A stretch of 64,000 bases of DNA from Squalus acanthias (taxonomy: Eukaryota): positions 6,076,001 to 6,140,000 of the forward strand of contig CM059432.1 in the NCBI GenBank assembly GCA_030390025.1, in the 5' to 3' direction. The notes beneath the pieces are model-generated. The model did no database searches and had not been told where the DNA came from. It saw only the letters and a program-made list of their open reading frames with translations. Numbering within the stretch: position 1 is the stretch's first letter; every line of letters starts with the position of its first letter. The position numbers were made by a program, and so were the translations under genes. Of this stretch, positions 53,391-64,000 are shown one piece after another.

Positions 53391-54489
53391 ATTACAGAAA
53401 TCTATATAAAGCAGGAAGGGTGATAAAACTACTTGTTAAAAAGACTTCCATCAATAAGCTCTTAAATATTCTAAAATATATAAGCATCATCGATGAAAAA
53501 AAGCAAAGCTCTTTCCACAGTACACAAAAATTTAGGCAAATAGAACGAATACAGTTTTGACAACCTGAATGCATTAAATCTGTGGTTAACCACACATATT
53601 TAGAAGTGCTTGATCAATGTCACATTTTAAGAAGTGTACCACAGAAAACTGGTGCAATACACTGTGGAATAATGAGGTTCACAACAATCAGTTAACTCTT
53701 CTGTACAAATTGCTGACAAGTTTCTTAATTATGTACTTCACAAATTATATGAACGGCAACTGCAACTTTTAAATTATGGCTTATATATGCCAGGCTGACG
53801 AACAAAGCCTCAGGTAAACCTGCACAGAATAATTCAAGAGGGGTTTCAGCAACCAAACAGAATAGTGTGGAACCCAGCATTCCGCACATTTCTCCGTTTC
53901 CAGAGTGTGGAACATGCAATTGCGTTACTGATTATAAATTACCCACAGTCTTAAACAGACGGAAATGATTTTGCAAAAAAATACCTTCAGAGTCCTATCT
54001 GTTGAATTATCTATTCACTCAAACAATCAGCAGTATTCAGGAAAATAATTACAAATTGATTCTCTCAGAGTTCACGGTCAGTGAATGATTTACAGTATGT
54101 GTTAAGGCTTGGTGCCAATTTCCATGATCAAGAAACATCTTTTATATGAATTTTTCATAACTTTTTACAGAAAAATACATTTTTGCATTGCTGAAGTTGA
54201 AAGAAATGATGTTTCCCAATGTTGTGCAATTGGTAATTTTTCCTTATGGGTCAGTATATGATGGCTTGGTTTTATGCCCTCCATAATTAGCATCCAGATA
54301 AGCACTGACATCTTAACATTCATTAATGACTAGTCAATTAGTGGGCACACTTTCCTGCACAGTGAATGTTTACCTACAGCTTGCATTTGTCACTGTATAT
54401 CCCACATCAGAAGGCAAAAAATGCATTACAGAAAACTTTTTAAATTAACACAAAACAATAATGTAAATCACATTGAAATTTATACAATC

Positions 54490-54910
54490 TGTGTCTCTCA
54501 TCCCCATACAAATTCTCATCCTTGTTTTCAAATCCCTCTATGGCCTTGCCCCTCCCCATCTCTGCAACCTTCTCCAGCCCTACAACCCTCCGAGATTTCT
54601 GCAGTCCTCCGATTCTGGGCTCTTGTGCATTCTCACTTTTCATCGCTCCACCACTGGCGGCCGTGCCTTCACCTGCCTCGGCCCCAAGCTCTGGAATTCC
54701 CTCCCTAAACCTCTCTGCCTCTCTACCTCTCTCTCCTCCTTTAAGATGCTCCTTAAAAGCTATCTCTTTGACCAAGCTTATGGTCACCTGTCCTAATATC
54801 TCATGTGGCTCGGTGTCAAATTGTGTCTGATAACACTCCTGTGAAGCGTCTTGGGACATTCTACTGTGTTAAAGGCGCTATATAAATGCAAGAAGTTGTT
54901 GTTGTTATTG
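54490..54910 (+). mobile_element. L2 3' end
   Basis: ILILVFKSLYGLAP...GGRAF...PKLWNSLP...FK..LK.YLF, followed by the tail aaaggcgctatataaatgcaag(ttg)n. Confidence 0.85.
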
Positions 54911-55057
54911 TATGAAAATAATTTTGAGATGCTTCTGTAGGCATAACAAGGTGCTACAAAAAAGTGAGATTTCATTTGTACACGAGAAATTCCGCCCACT
55001 GAATTAACGAGTTTGTGGCAGCTGAAGGAAGGGGTAGCTGGTATGGGGAGCTTTCCA

Positions 55058-55475
55058 GAAATCAATTCTGGAAAGGGCGCTTGAGAAGGCATGGATGGAA
55101 AAGACAGAGAAATATAAGCATCTGGAACCCCAGATCATCGACATGACCAAGGGTTTGTCAATCCAGTTCTTTGGCTTCGTAATGGGCACTAGAAGTAAGT
55201 GGCTCGAGAATAACCACTCTCTAATACAATACCTGAAGATCGAGAGATACAATGCCTTCTTCAAAACACATATCAAGATCAACAATTGTGCTAACACTGG
55301 AAATATTACAGATCTTTAATGATCAGTAATCGCTGGTGTATTGTCTGTGCTTAAGAACTAGCTAGTCTATGTAAATAGTCCCTGCATGTGTTATTACTAT
55401 CGTTGTTAGAGATTAAACTGTACTTGCTGTGTTTTTTAATCATTGAAATGTAAAATATTATTAGTAATAAAACAC
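55058..55475 (+). mobile_element. R2-clade (restriction-like endonuclease) non-LTR retrotransposon 3' remnant
   Basis: LEKAWMEKTEKYKHL...FFGFVMGTRSKW..NN, then a frameshift to SRSTIVLTLEILQIF*. Fits the K..KY / G..G.R.W pattern of the R2 C-terminus. Confidence 0.6.
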
Positions 55476-55836
55476 ATCAGATGATGATTATGGGTATGGC
55501 TCTGCGAGCGATTGGCTCTATGAGCACGAACCAGATGACATGGCAACTCAGCTGCGTCTCCCCTTCGGTGGTGAAATCCATGCTGGGTGAAACAGGAAGC
55601 CATCTGTACTGTCAATCATAGATCAACCCAGTCCTCCCCAACACCTGAGAACCCGGCCCTCCCATGGCCTGTGCATACTCGCCGGACATGACCTCGTGGA
55701 CGAGCCACGTTAAGACTCAAAACAGACACTCATTTAATGGGACCCATCCCAAGAGTGTATCCAAATAGCAAATGATGAAAGCATTGTTGAAGGTGCTAGC
55801 TTGGAAGAGTTATTGAGCCCAGAAATGTGGAGGGAA

Positions 55837-55976
55837 CGAGAGAGAGAGAGGGAGAATGAGAGGGAACAAGCGAGAGAGAGAGAATGAGCGTGAGAGAGAA
55901 AACGAGAGAGAGAGACAGAGAAAAAGAGAGAAAGAAAAAGAGAGATAAAGAGAAAGAGAGAGAAAAAGAGAAAGAA
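55837..55976. repeat. (GA)n/(GAAA)n purine microsatellite grown from a SINE tail
   Basis: Directly visible; contiguous with the DeuSINE tail. Confidence 0.85.
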
Positions 55977-56700
55977 AGACTTGCATTTATATAGCGCCTT
56001 TCATGACCTCAAGACGTACTTTACAGTCAAAGAAGTACTTCTGAAGTGTAGTCACTGTTGTAATGTAGGAAACACGGCACCCAATTTGCACACAGCAAGC
56101 TCCTACAAACAGCAATGTGATAATGACCAGATAATCTGTCTTAGTGATGTTGATTGAGGGATAAATATTGGCCAGGACACCAAGGAGAACTCACACAGAA
56201 TCCCCACAGTGCAGATAGAGGCCATTTCGGCCCATCGAGCCTGCACCTACACATATCCCACCCTATCCCCGGAACCCCACGTATTTAATACCCCTAACAC
56301 TAAGGGTCAATTTATCATAGCCAAATCAACCTAACCCGCACATCTTTGGACTGTGGGAGGAAACCGGAGCACCCGGAGAAAACCCACGCAGACACGGGGA
56401 GAATGTGCAAACTCCACACAGACAGTCACCCGAGGCCGGATTCGAACCCGGGTCCCTGGCGCTGTGAGGCAACAGTGCTAACCACTATGCCACCTGTGCT
56501 TCTTCAAAATAATGCTGTGGGATCTTTTACATCCACCTGAGAGAGCAGACGGAGCCTCGGGGTTGAACGTCTCATCTGAAAGAGGGCACCTCGGACAGTG
56601 CAGCGATTCTTCAGTACTGCCTAGGTATTGTGGTCAAGTCTCTGGAGTGGAACTTGAACCCACAACCTTCTTAGAGGCAAGAGAGCTACCAACTGAGCTG
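55970..56700 (-). mobile_element. Full-length DeuSINE interrupted by an HE1 SINE
   Basis: Tail at 55970-56192, head at 56500-56700 (cagctcagttggtagc...gggttcaagt on the minus strand). Confidence 0.8.
56193..56499 (-). mobile_element. HE1-type V-SINE (tRNA head, V domain, CR1-like tail)
   Basis: A box tggcatagtgg, B box ggttcgaatcc, V domain gtgtggagtttgcacattctccccgtgtctgcgtgggtttt, tail gggccgaaatggcct. Confidence 0.88.
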
Positions 56701-57430
56701 CAGGTGACACTAATTAACATGCATAACTGAAGCTAAGGCACTGAAGGATGCTGAATGATATTAATTCGGCTTCCTCGGACTGTCGAGCTGACCCTCTAAG
56801 TCAGTATTCCCTGTGCTGCGTTCAGCACACACTCAGTTTAAAAAGATGTTTTCCTTCAGTCAGAAACAAAACACTGTTAAGGCTAAACAAAATCCTTTGT
56901 GATAGTTTTTAAAAAGGGTAGAAGCTACAAGAATAGCTTCACAAAATTGCAGATTGATGTAAACAATTTTTGATTTCCGAGCAAAACAAAGACATTTGCA
57001 ATATTTAACGAAATGTAATGACAAATATAAATCAGAAGAGGGCACTGTAATATTGAATGTTTCTCCTGCTTTTAACAAGGCTCCTCAAAAAAGGTCTTGA
57101 ATTTTTTTTTAAAACCATCTTTACCACATAATGCCTGTAAATTCTGACCTGCCAAAATAAAACAGCAGTCATCCAGCACACATATCCAGTGTGTGCAAAT
57201 AAGTTATTTCAACAGTGGATTACAAGGAACGCTATTCCATTTCAGAACACGTGTGATTTAATAGACATAATCACAAAATATCATTTTGCAAAAACACAGG
57301 CTAAAGCAAAGTTTCTCAGATTTGTCACTCAATAAAGTCATCACTCCTTTCAATGTTCTGCAAAGGAAACAAAACCACAATTTCAGTTACATTACTTTAA
57401 TCATTATGTTAATAAACTTAATACACTTAC

Positions 57431-57545
57431 TGTTTTGTTTCGTAGTCGAATAATATCAGACACGGACCCAGCTCCACAATATTCCATAACTATCCAGAGG
57501 TCTGTATTTTTAAAATAGCTGCCATAGTAATTCACTACATAAGCA
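57431..57545 (-). CDS. STK3: STK3 coding exon (exon 4 equivalent): (S)AYVVNYYGSYFKNTDLWIVMEYCGAGSVSDIIRLRNKT
   Basis: 115 bp, translated by hand (absent from the ORF track). Acceptor tttttttcag, donor gtaagt. Phase joins the upstream exon (AG+T = Ser). Confidence 0.93.
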
Positions 57546-59261
57546 CTGAAAAAAAGCACAAAATTAGTGTTAAAAATCATAACTTTCCCGTCATTCGCAC
57601 AAATGCTCCCCGACTCTCTTTTAAGATGAGCAATAGATAGCTGTGACAGTCAGCTATAGTCCCGTCCCCCTCCTTGCCCCTCAACAGCTTTGTCCACAGT
57701 GCTATTGACCTACCAGGCATCCACCCTATTCCCCTACATTACAGAACAAATACCAAAGGGTTTCACACAACGCTATTCAACCCTGGTTCACCCTTTGTAC
57801 AGAACATTGCACTGATAACAACTACCCTGCCGCATTGTTTAATGTCACTATTATACTTCAGGTTTTGGTTTGATCAGAGTAAGTAACTTGAAAGTTTGCG
57901 TAAAATAAAAAGTCTAATCTACGATGATCATTTAGTTATTAACATACAAGTTTATGCGAATATAGTTTTACATTGATTAAAAAAAACAAGCATCATTTCT
58001 TTTAAATTTGTTATTACAGGGACATATGGCTTCTTACCGTTTGTGGAACTCAGGGATGGGCAGCATGTTTCAAGATTAGCTTAGAGTCGTTTGAAAACAC
58101 ATTGCAAGGCAATCAGCACATGCAACTTGACATAAATGGGCCCATCCATTGTGTAAGTATAATTGTGAGTGCCATAAAACACACAATGTAGATCGGACGT
58201 TAGTGCTAACACTGTGCTATCAAAGCTAGCTACTGGTCTGTAACCACTGAGGAATTAAGTCCAGCTTTTTAAAAAATAAAATTCCGGTCTCGAGGGGCAC
58301 AGTCATCTTGAACATCCATTTGAGTGGCCAGAGTTGAACTAGGTTGCATATTTTTAATGAATGGGACCCATATGTTATTAAAAAAAATAGTAAGGACTAA
58401 CCACAGTGCATACAGAACCTTTTCAATGGGGTCAGTCCCAAAGATCCTTTACCATGTTGTCCCAGCGGGACTATTGGCCGACTTCCAGAAGAGGCGGATG
58501 CACCTGCATGCATTACATAATCAAAATTTTAAGAAAATACCTTCAGGTGGATTAAATTGTATGTCTTTGGATAATCCTGGCAGGCAGATGGCTGAATAAT
58601 ATTACTGACTAAGGATTTGATTGTGTGAAGTATTACATTCCAGCCTGAGACAATATGAAGACAGGAACAGAGCACACGGAACTAAATGCCCGACTTCTCA
58701 TACGCTCAGTAGCATATGTTAGAAATAGCACAGCTGAGGTTATACAAACCAAGAGAGGACAATACATGGGCAATGCAGCATTTTCAACTGGCTTTGCTTT
58801 CCTAGTTAAATAAAAGATGCATATCTCTTTGCCTATTGGTCTATAGAGAAATTTGCCCATATATACGAATACCTCAAAGCCTGTACTTTTAGTATTATTT
58901 TAATAGATTACACAATGTAGAAATGAATTTCTAAGTCTATGGACTCCTGTTGCTAGGGCAAAATATACGAGATAACATTTTTTTAAATTTCATTTGGCAA
59001 TCAAGGAGCGGGATATTAATGTAGGGCAATGGAACATTTTCCTAATTCAAACACCCATGAGCCTAATTTCGTCTACTGGTGCTAGTCATGTCTAAAAGAT
59101 TAAGAACTGGTGGTAACCTCACCTAAATGGTGTTTGCAATTAACTGCTCAAATTTCCTCAATCAGCTTATTTACATAATTATTCACAGATTCAAGTGGAA
59201 CAAATGTAAGGAGCATGCTAGTAGTTGAAGAGAAAGATTGCATTGAACTGAAATTTAAAGG

Positions 59262-59626
59262 GACTCAATAGAGGTCTTTAAAATTATGAAAGGTTTTGAT
59301 AGAGTAGACAAGAGAGAGTGTTTCCACTTGTGGGGAAGAGCAAAATTAGAGGCCATCAATATAAGATAGTCACCAAGAAACCAAATAGGGAATTCAGAAG
59401 AAACTTCTTTACACGGAGAGTGGCGAGAATGCGGAACTCGCTACCACAGGGAGTGGTTGAAGTGGATAGTATAGATGCATTTAAGGGGAGGCGAGATAAG
59501 CATGAGGGAGAGGGTTATGCGGAGAGTTAGATGAGGAAAGACGGGAGGAGGCTCGAGTGGAGCATAAACGCCGGCATGGACTGGTTGGGACGAATGGCCT
59601 GTTTCTGTGCTGTATATCCTATGTAA
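59262..59626 (+). mobile_element. CR1 3' fragment (third family)
   Basis: ORF 59318..59530 (RGHQYKI...RNFFTRRV) plus 3' UTR. Confidence 0.85.
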
Positions 59627-61318
59627 TAAATACAAAATTGTGAAAGCCTGCAGGAAAATCTCAAAAATGTATCTCAACGCATTAGCCACCTTTCACATGG
59701 GTGAAGTGACAGATGATTACAAAGTGACAGATAGAAATTGAAGGGAAAGGAAGTCCCGTGTGCAAGCTGACGGCTGCAGCGACCAGGTCAGTTACTGGCT
59801 ATGCCAGCCCTATGGTGCATGTTATCAGCTCTGGTTAGCTTTGTCTATACAGGCAGGTGAGCACAGAGCACCTCATGAATCCTGACCGAAACAGAATCCC
59901 CTCTGTGGACCTTCTCTCCCAGCACCTTTCATAGGGCCATTCCCATTGGGACACACATTGATGGCAATAGTGGTGTAGAAAAAAGTTTAAACTATTGGCA
60001 CAAAGATTCAAGACAACCCAAACACCAGGAAAAAGAAAATTAATAAAATCAGATCAGAAACAGAAAAAGTTGAAAGAAGAATCTTCTTTCTGGCCCTTTA
60101 GATGCGCTGCCTAATCGACCAGTTATAGTGGGCACTGATTCCAGTTGCTTTAGACATGTAATTAAGAGCAGACTAAGAAGCCAGAGTCAGCAGAATTTTC
60201 CCACATCATTTAAACATGACAACGAAGCTCCTACCTGTTCCAGCAGCTGCCAGCTTTTGAACAGCCTAATTGTTCAAATTTATTGTCAAAAATTACTCTC
60301 AATTTGAAGAAACTTTGAGCCAAGGTATGTGTTTGGAGCATTAACGTTAGCAGACCACCTCCCCAGCATTTTGTCAATGATTCCACCTATGCCTGGGCGT
60401 ACTACCTCAATGATCTGCGACAATGTGACCATCTTGAATTTTTCCTATTTTAGGAATCGGTTTATGAACCCAAGTTCTTCTATTGGCCAGAGTACCTCCA
60501 TCTTTTGGAGACAAAGACATTTCTGGAGTGGAAGCCCGTTCTCTCTTGTTCGGGTTAAGCTCTTTCTTCACTCCTAAAGCGAATACATTCTCCACCTCTG
60601 CTGCCAGATTACAGTCCCAAACCAACTCCGAAGAAACAGCAATAGGAGCCCTCTGTCCCAACCCTCAAGCAAATCTGTTGTATACAACCTGGATATAAAA
60701 CCATATGGAGAACAAGTCTAGCATCAAACTGAGTCACCTGAGCACTTCCGAAACTTACACAAAAATTGTTTGAAATGCTTTGAGACTCTCAAACGATTTA
60801 AAATTTAACAATGGGTGGAGCTCAGTGCCTAGAAGCAGGCATGTGAAAAGCCATAAGAATTTAATTCAGCACCAGGCAGCATAAACAAGGTACTGCCTGT
60901 CCGGAACAGATTCTCAGACCGGTAGCTACGGGATTAACGCATTCTTTGATAGCCAGAGTCAGCAGTTCATCATTAAAATTGGCTAATGGTGGAACAGCTC
61001 TTAATTGCAATCCCAAAGAAGTGTACTAAAAAAAAAAGCCACGAAAAAAATAATTGTTCAAAATGCCAATCTCAAAGGCATCTGTGAAAGAGAAGCACGA
61101 CTAAGAAGAACAGCAAGAGATCGTGGACAGATATTCTGAACCCATGTTGCAACTCTTCTACTTCTATGCAGTGGGCTTGATCCAAAAATAGTATGACAGC
61201 AGTACAGTTCATTGAAACATTCTGGTTTTACATGCTTACTAAATTATAACACTTGAGGTTGAACATCTGTAAATGCACTATGCTGTTAAGTGAAATTGCC
61301 ACATTCCACTGCTCATAC

Positions 61319-61447
61319 CTATCACATTGTTGCATTATTGAAATTTCCTTAATAATTTCCTGTAGGTCAGACTCCACTGGCACTTGCTTTATGGCAACCA
61401 CTTGGCCAGATTCTTTATGGATTGCTTTAAAAACACTGCCATAAGAT
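61319..61447 (-). CDS. STK3: Hippo/MST kinase coding exon (exon 3 equivalent): (G)SYGSVFKAIHKESGQVVAIKQVPVESDLQEIIKEISIMQQCD(S)
   Basis: 129 bp. Acceptor ttctttttccag, donor AG|gtatga. Contains the Gly-loop end and the VAIK lysine. VFK/ESGQVV residues match STK3 rather than STK4 (VYK/ETGQIV). Confidence 0.93.
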
Positions 61448-61769
61448 CTGGAAAAAGAAAAAAAGATGTTTTTCAAATACATTCCAAACAAGTTAATATT
61501 TTAAAGCAAACATTTAAATACTGTATTAGCTAAGTGCATCTCCTAATTATAATGGGTAAATTCCATTCACTGCGAAAGACTGCCATGTATCTCAACTAGC
61601 CCTCTTCTATCAAACAATTTACCATTTGTCAAAGTGATAGAGGATTACAGCAAAACTCAAAACATAAATGTGATTGTATGAAAGTAAATTATTAAGCTAC
61701 TATATTGCACATTATTTATTTAAAATGTTATAAAATTAATTTGAATTATTCCAGCTGACCTGCTACAAG

Positions 61770-62760
61770 AACAACTTGCATTTATATTGCACCTTTAATG
61801 TAGAAAAACGAGCACGTCACAGAGGTGTAAGGAAAAGCAGACGCTGAGCCAAAAGAGGAGAGATTAGCAAGGGTAACTAAAAGAGGTAGATTTTAAGCAG
61901 CATCTTAAAGAGGAGAGAGAGACGGAGAGGTGGAGGGGATAAGGAATGGAATTCTAGAGCACTGAGCCTAGGTGGCTGAGGCACAAAAGTATGAGGGAAA
62001 TTGAGAATGCACAAGAGGCTGGAGTCAGAAGAACAGAGTTCCAATGCTAATGGGGAGTTGCAGCACTGGAGAAGATTAGAGATAGACATGAGTGAGGCCA
62101 TGGAGGGATTTAAATACAAGTACGAGGCACTGGGGGAGTGGGTGCCAATGCTGGTCAGTGAGGACGGGTGATGGGCGAGCAGGAAGGATGCAGCAGCAAA
62201 GTATTGGATGAGCTGATGTATATTGAGGATGGGAGGCTGATCATGAGAAAATTGAACTAATCAAGTATGGAAGTGATAAAGGCATAGATAAGACCTTCAG
62301 CAACAGATGAGGTAAGGGAAGCAAGCTGTCTATATGATTGAGAGAATATGGGGTTGAAAGCGCAGCTCAGGGTCAAACAAAATGCCAAGGTTGCCAACAG
62401 GCTATTTCAGCCCCAGACAGTGGCTGCGAAGGGAATAGTCAGTGGCAAGGGTACAGAGTTTTTCCCTCCCTAAACCCCTCAACCTCTTCGCTTCCCTCAC
62501 CTCCTTTAAAGCCCTCCTTAAAACCCACTCCAAGTTTTTAAGTTAGCCCTCCTAATACTTCCTCCTTTGGCTCAGCATCTATTTATTTTTAATTACGCCA
62601 CTGTGAAGACCGAATCTATCATCTTCACAACATTCAGTTGAAGGAAATTATGGCTAGTCCAAGCCTGGAGGTCAAACAATCAGTCTGATAGTCCACATTG
62701 AAGCAGTGGATGGGTCAAGAGAGATGATGGAGAGGTGGAGCTGGGTTTCAATCAGCATAC
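61770..62760 (-). mobile_element. L2 3' fragments (includes a short plus-strand L2 piece at 62460-62610)
   Basis: Tail aacaacttgcatttatattgcacctttaa and similarity to 54490-54910. Confidence 0.65.
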
Positions 62761-62884
62761 ATGTCGAAGCTGGCCTCATGTGTGTGCAAGATGTTTCCAA
62801 GGGTACTAAAGGGTTTATATGAGATTCATACTTCATTTCCTATGCTAACAACATGGGATTTAGTTTCTCCAGCCAGGTAATCAC

Positions 62885-63495
62885 ATGGAATCTACAGTAC
62901 AGAAACAGGCCATTCAGCCCAACTGGTCTATGGCGGTGCTCACACTCCACACGAGCCTCCTCCCACTCTAATTACCTCTCACCACCTTGCCCCATATCCC
63001 TCTATTCTCTTCTCCCTCTTGTATGCGTCAAGCACCACCACCCCCCCCATTAAGTATATCAATGCTCTCTGCTTCAACCACTCCATGTGGCAGCGAGTCC
63101 CACATTCACGCCACTCTGTGGAAAGAAATTCCTCCTAAATTATTTATTTGATCTGTTAGTGGCTGTCTTATATTTATGCACCCTTGTTCTGGAAGTGAAA
63201 ACAGTTTCGCCAAGTCCAGCTAATCAAACCCCTTCATAATTTTAAAGACCTCAATCAGGTCTTCTCTTCGTCTCTTTTCCATAGGAAAGAGCCCCAGCCT
63301 GCTCAATCTTTCCTGATAACATCTGGTAACATCTTTGTAAATCTTTCCTGCACTTTCTCCAGTACTTCAATATCTTTCTTGTCGCGTGGAGACCAGAACT
63401 GTACAATGTAACCTAAGCGTAGTCTAACCAAGGTTCTACATAAATTTAACATTATCTCCCGGCTTTTGTATTCTATTCCTCTGGAAATTATATAA
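62885..63495 (-). mobile_element. CR1 3' fragment
   Basis: ISRGIEYKSREIMLNL...VQFWSP (ORF 63303..63731) plus the third-family 3' UTR. Confidence 0.8.
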
Positions 63496-64000
63496 AACTT
63501 TATTTCTTGACAATAACTATTCTCCTCACTCTTTTTCCCCCCACTCTCAGATAATACTTTCTCCCATTCCTGTTTCTGGTGTAACCTGGCACCACACAAT
63601 CCCCAGCTAAAAGGAAGGGAAGGTGGCTCTGCTTTCTGGCCTTCACCGATAACACAAGGACATATCCAAGAGCAGTGCTGGGTGACTATCCCTCCAGTTT
63701 TCTCTTTACAAAACACCCAATGTCCACTCACCAGCTCCCCACATCTGCACAGCTGGCATGAGGGATTCAGCTTGTGATAAGGTTACAGGCACACAGTGAT
63801 ATATTACTGGCACAGCACAAACTCATTTTGAAATGATTGCATTTTTTATTTTTCTCTAAGGGAACTATTAAAGTTTCAGCTCAATTCACTCCTTCTCTGC
63901 TAGTTATAGCTAATATTCAAATCTGGTTTTCTGAAAATTCATATTTGGGATTACTAAATTAATTACACTTATTAAGGACTAACATACATGAAGAACAAAG

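Noticed and set aside
55670..55720. HDV-like ribozyme (cctcgtgg) near the R2-like fragment
   Set aside because: Could not build the P1/P2/P3 nested pseudoknot, and R2 ribozymes lie at the 5' end.
56400..56499. tRNA gene
   Set aside because: tRNA-derived SINE head continuous with the V domain; no full cloverleaf. The same applies to the DeuSINE heads.
60300..60800. ORFs 60329-60698 as an exon or LINE fragment
   Set aside because: No recognisable motifs and no similarity to STK3.
61448..64000. STK3 exon 2 (and exon 7 in 1-20231)
   Set aside because: No matching coding sequence was spotted by eye; these exons probably lie outside the window.

Overview
Eukaryotic (vertebrate) genomic DNA. The repeat landscape (HE1/V-SINE, SacSINE-like DeuSINEs, abundant CR1/HER1-type LINEs) points to a cartilaginous fish (shark or ray). 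The window lies inside a minus-strand Hippo kinase gene, most likely STK3/MST2. Four GT-AG exons (129, 115, 165 and 168 bp; equivalent to exons 3-6) splice into one open kinase-domain frame. The introns are packed with transposable elements: many CR1 copies, L2, RTE, a second CR1-group LINE, a complete Tigger/pogo transposon with one frameshift, a decayed Harbinger and its MITEs, Penelope-like elements, an R2-like fragment and SINEs. Highlights: (1) two different Harbinger-type elements inserted at the same nucleotide of two separate CR1 copies, suggesting a transposon that targets another transposon; (2) a very young Penelope insertion forming a 660-bp near-perfect palindrome with a minimal hammerhead ribozyme on each strand, inserted into the YADD codons of an old L2; (3) a 137-bp hammerhead-carrying mini-retroelement; (4) an R2-clade endonuclease remnant outside rDNA. 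Family names come from motif recognition only; no database searches were run.
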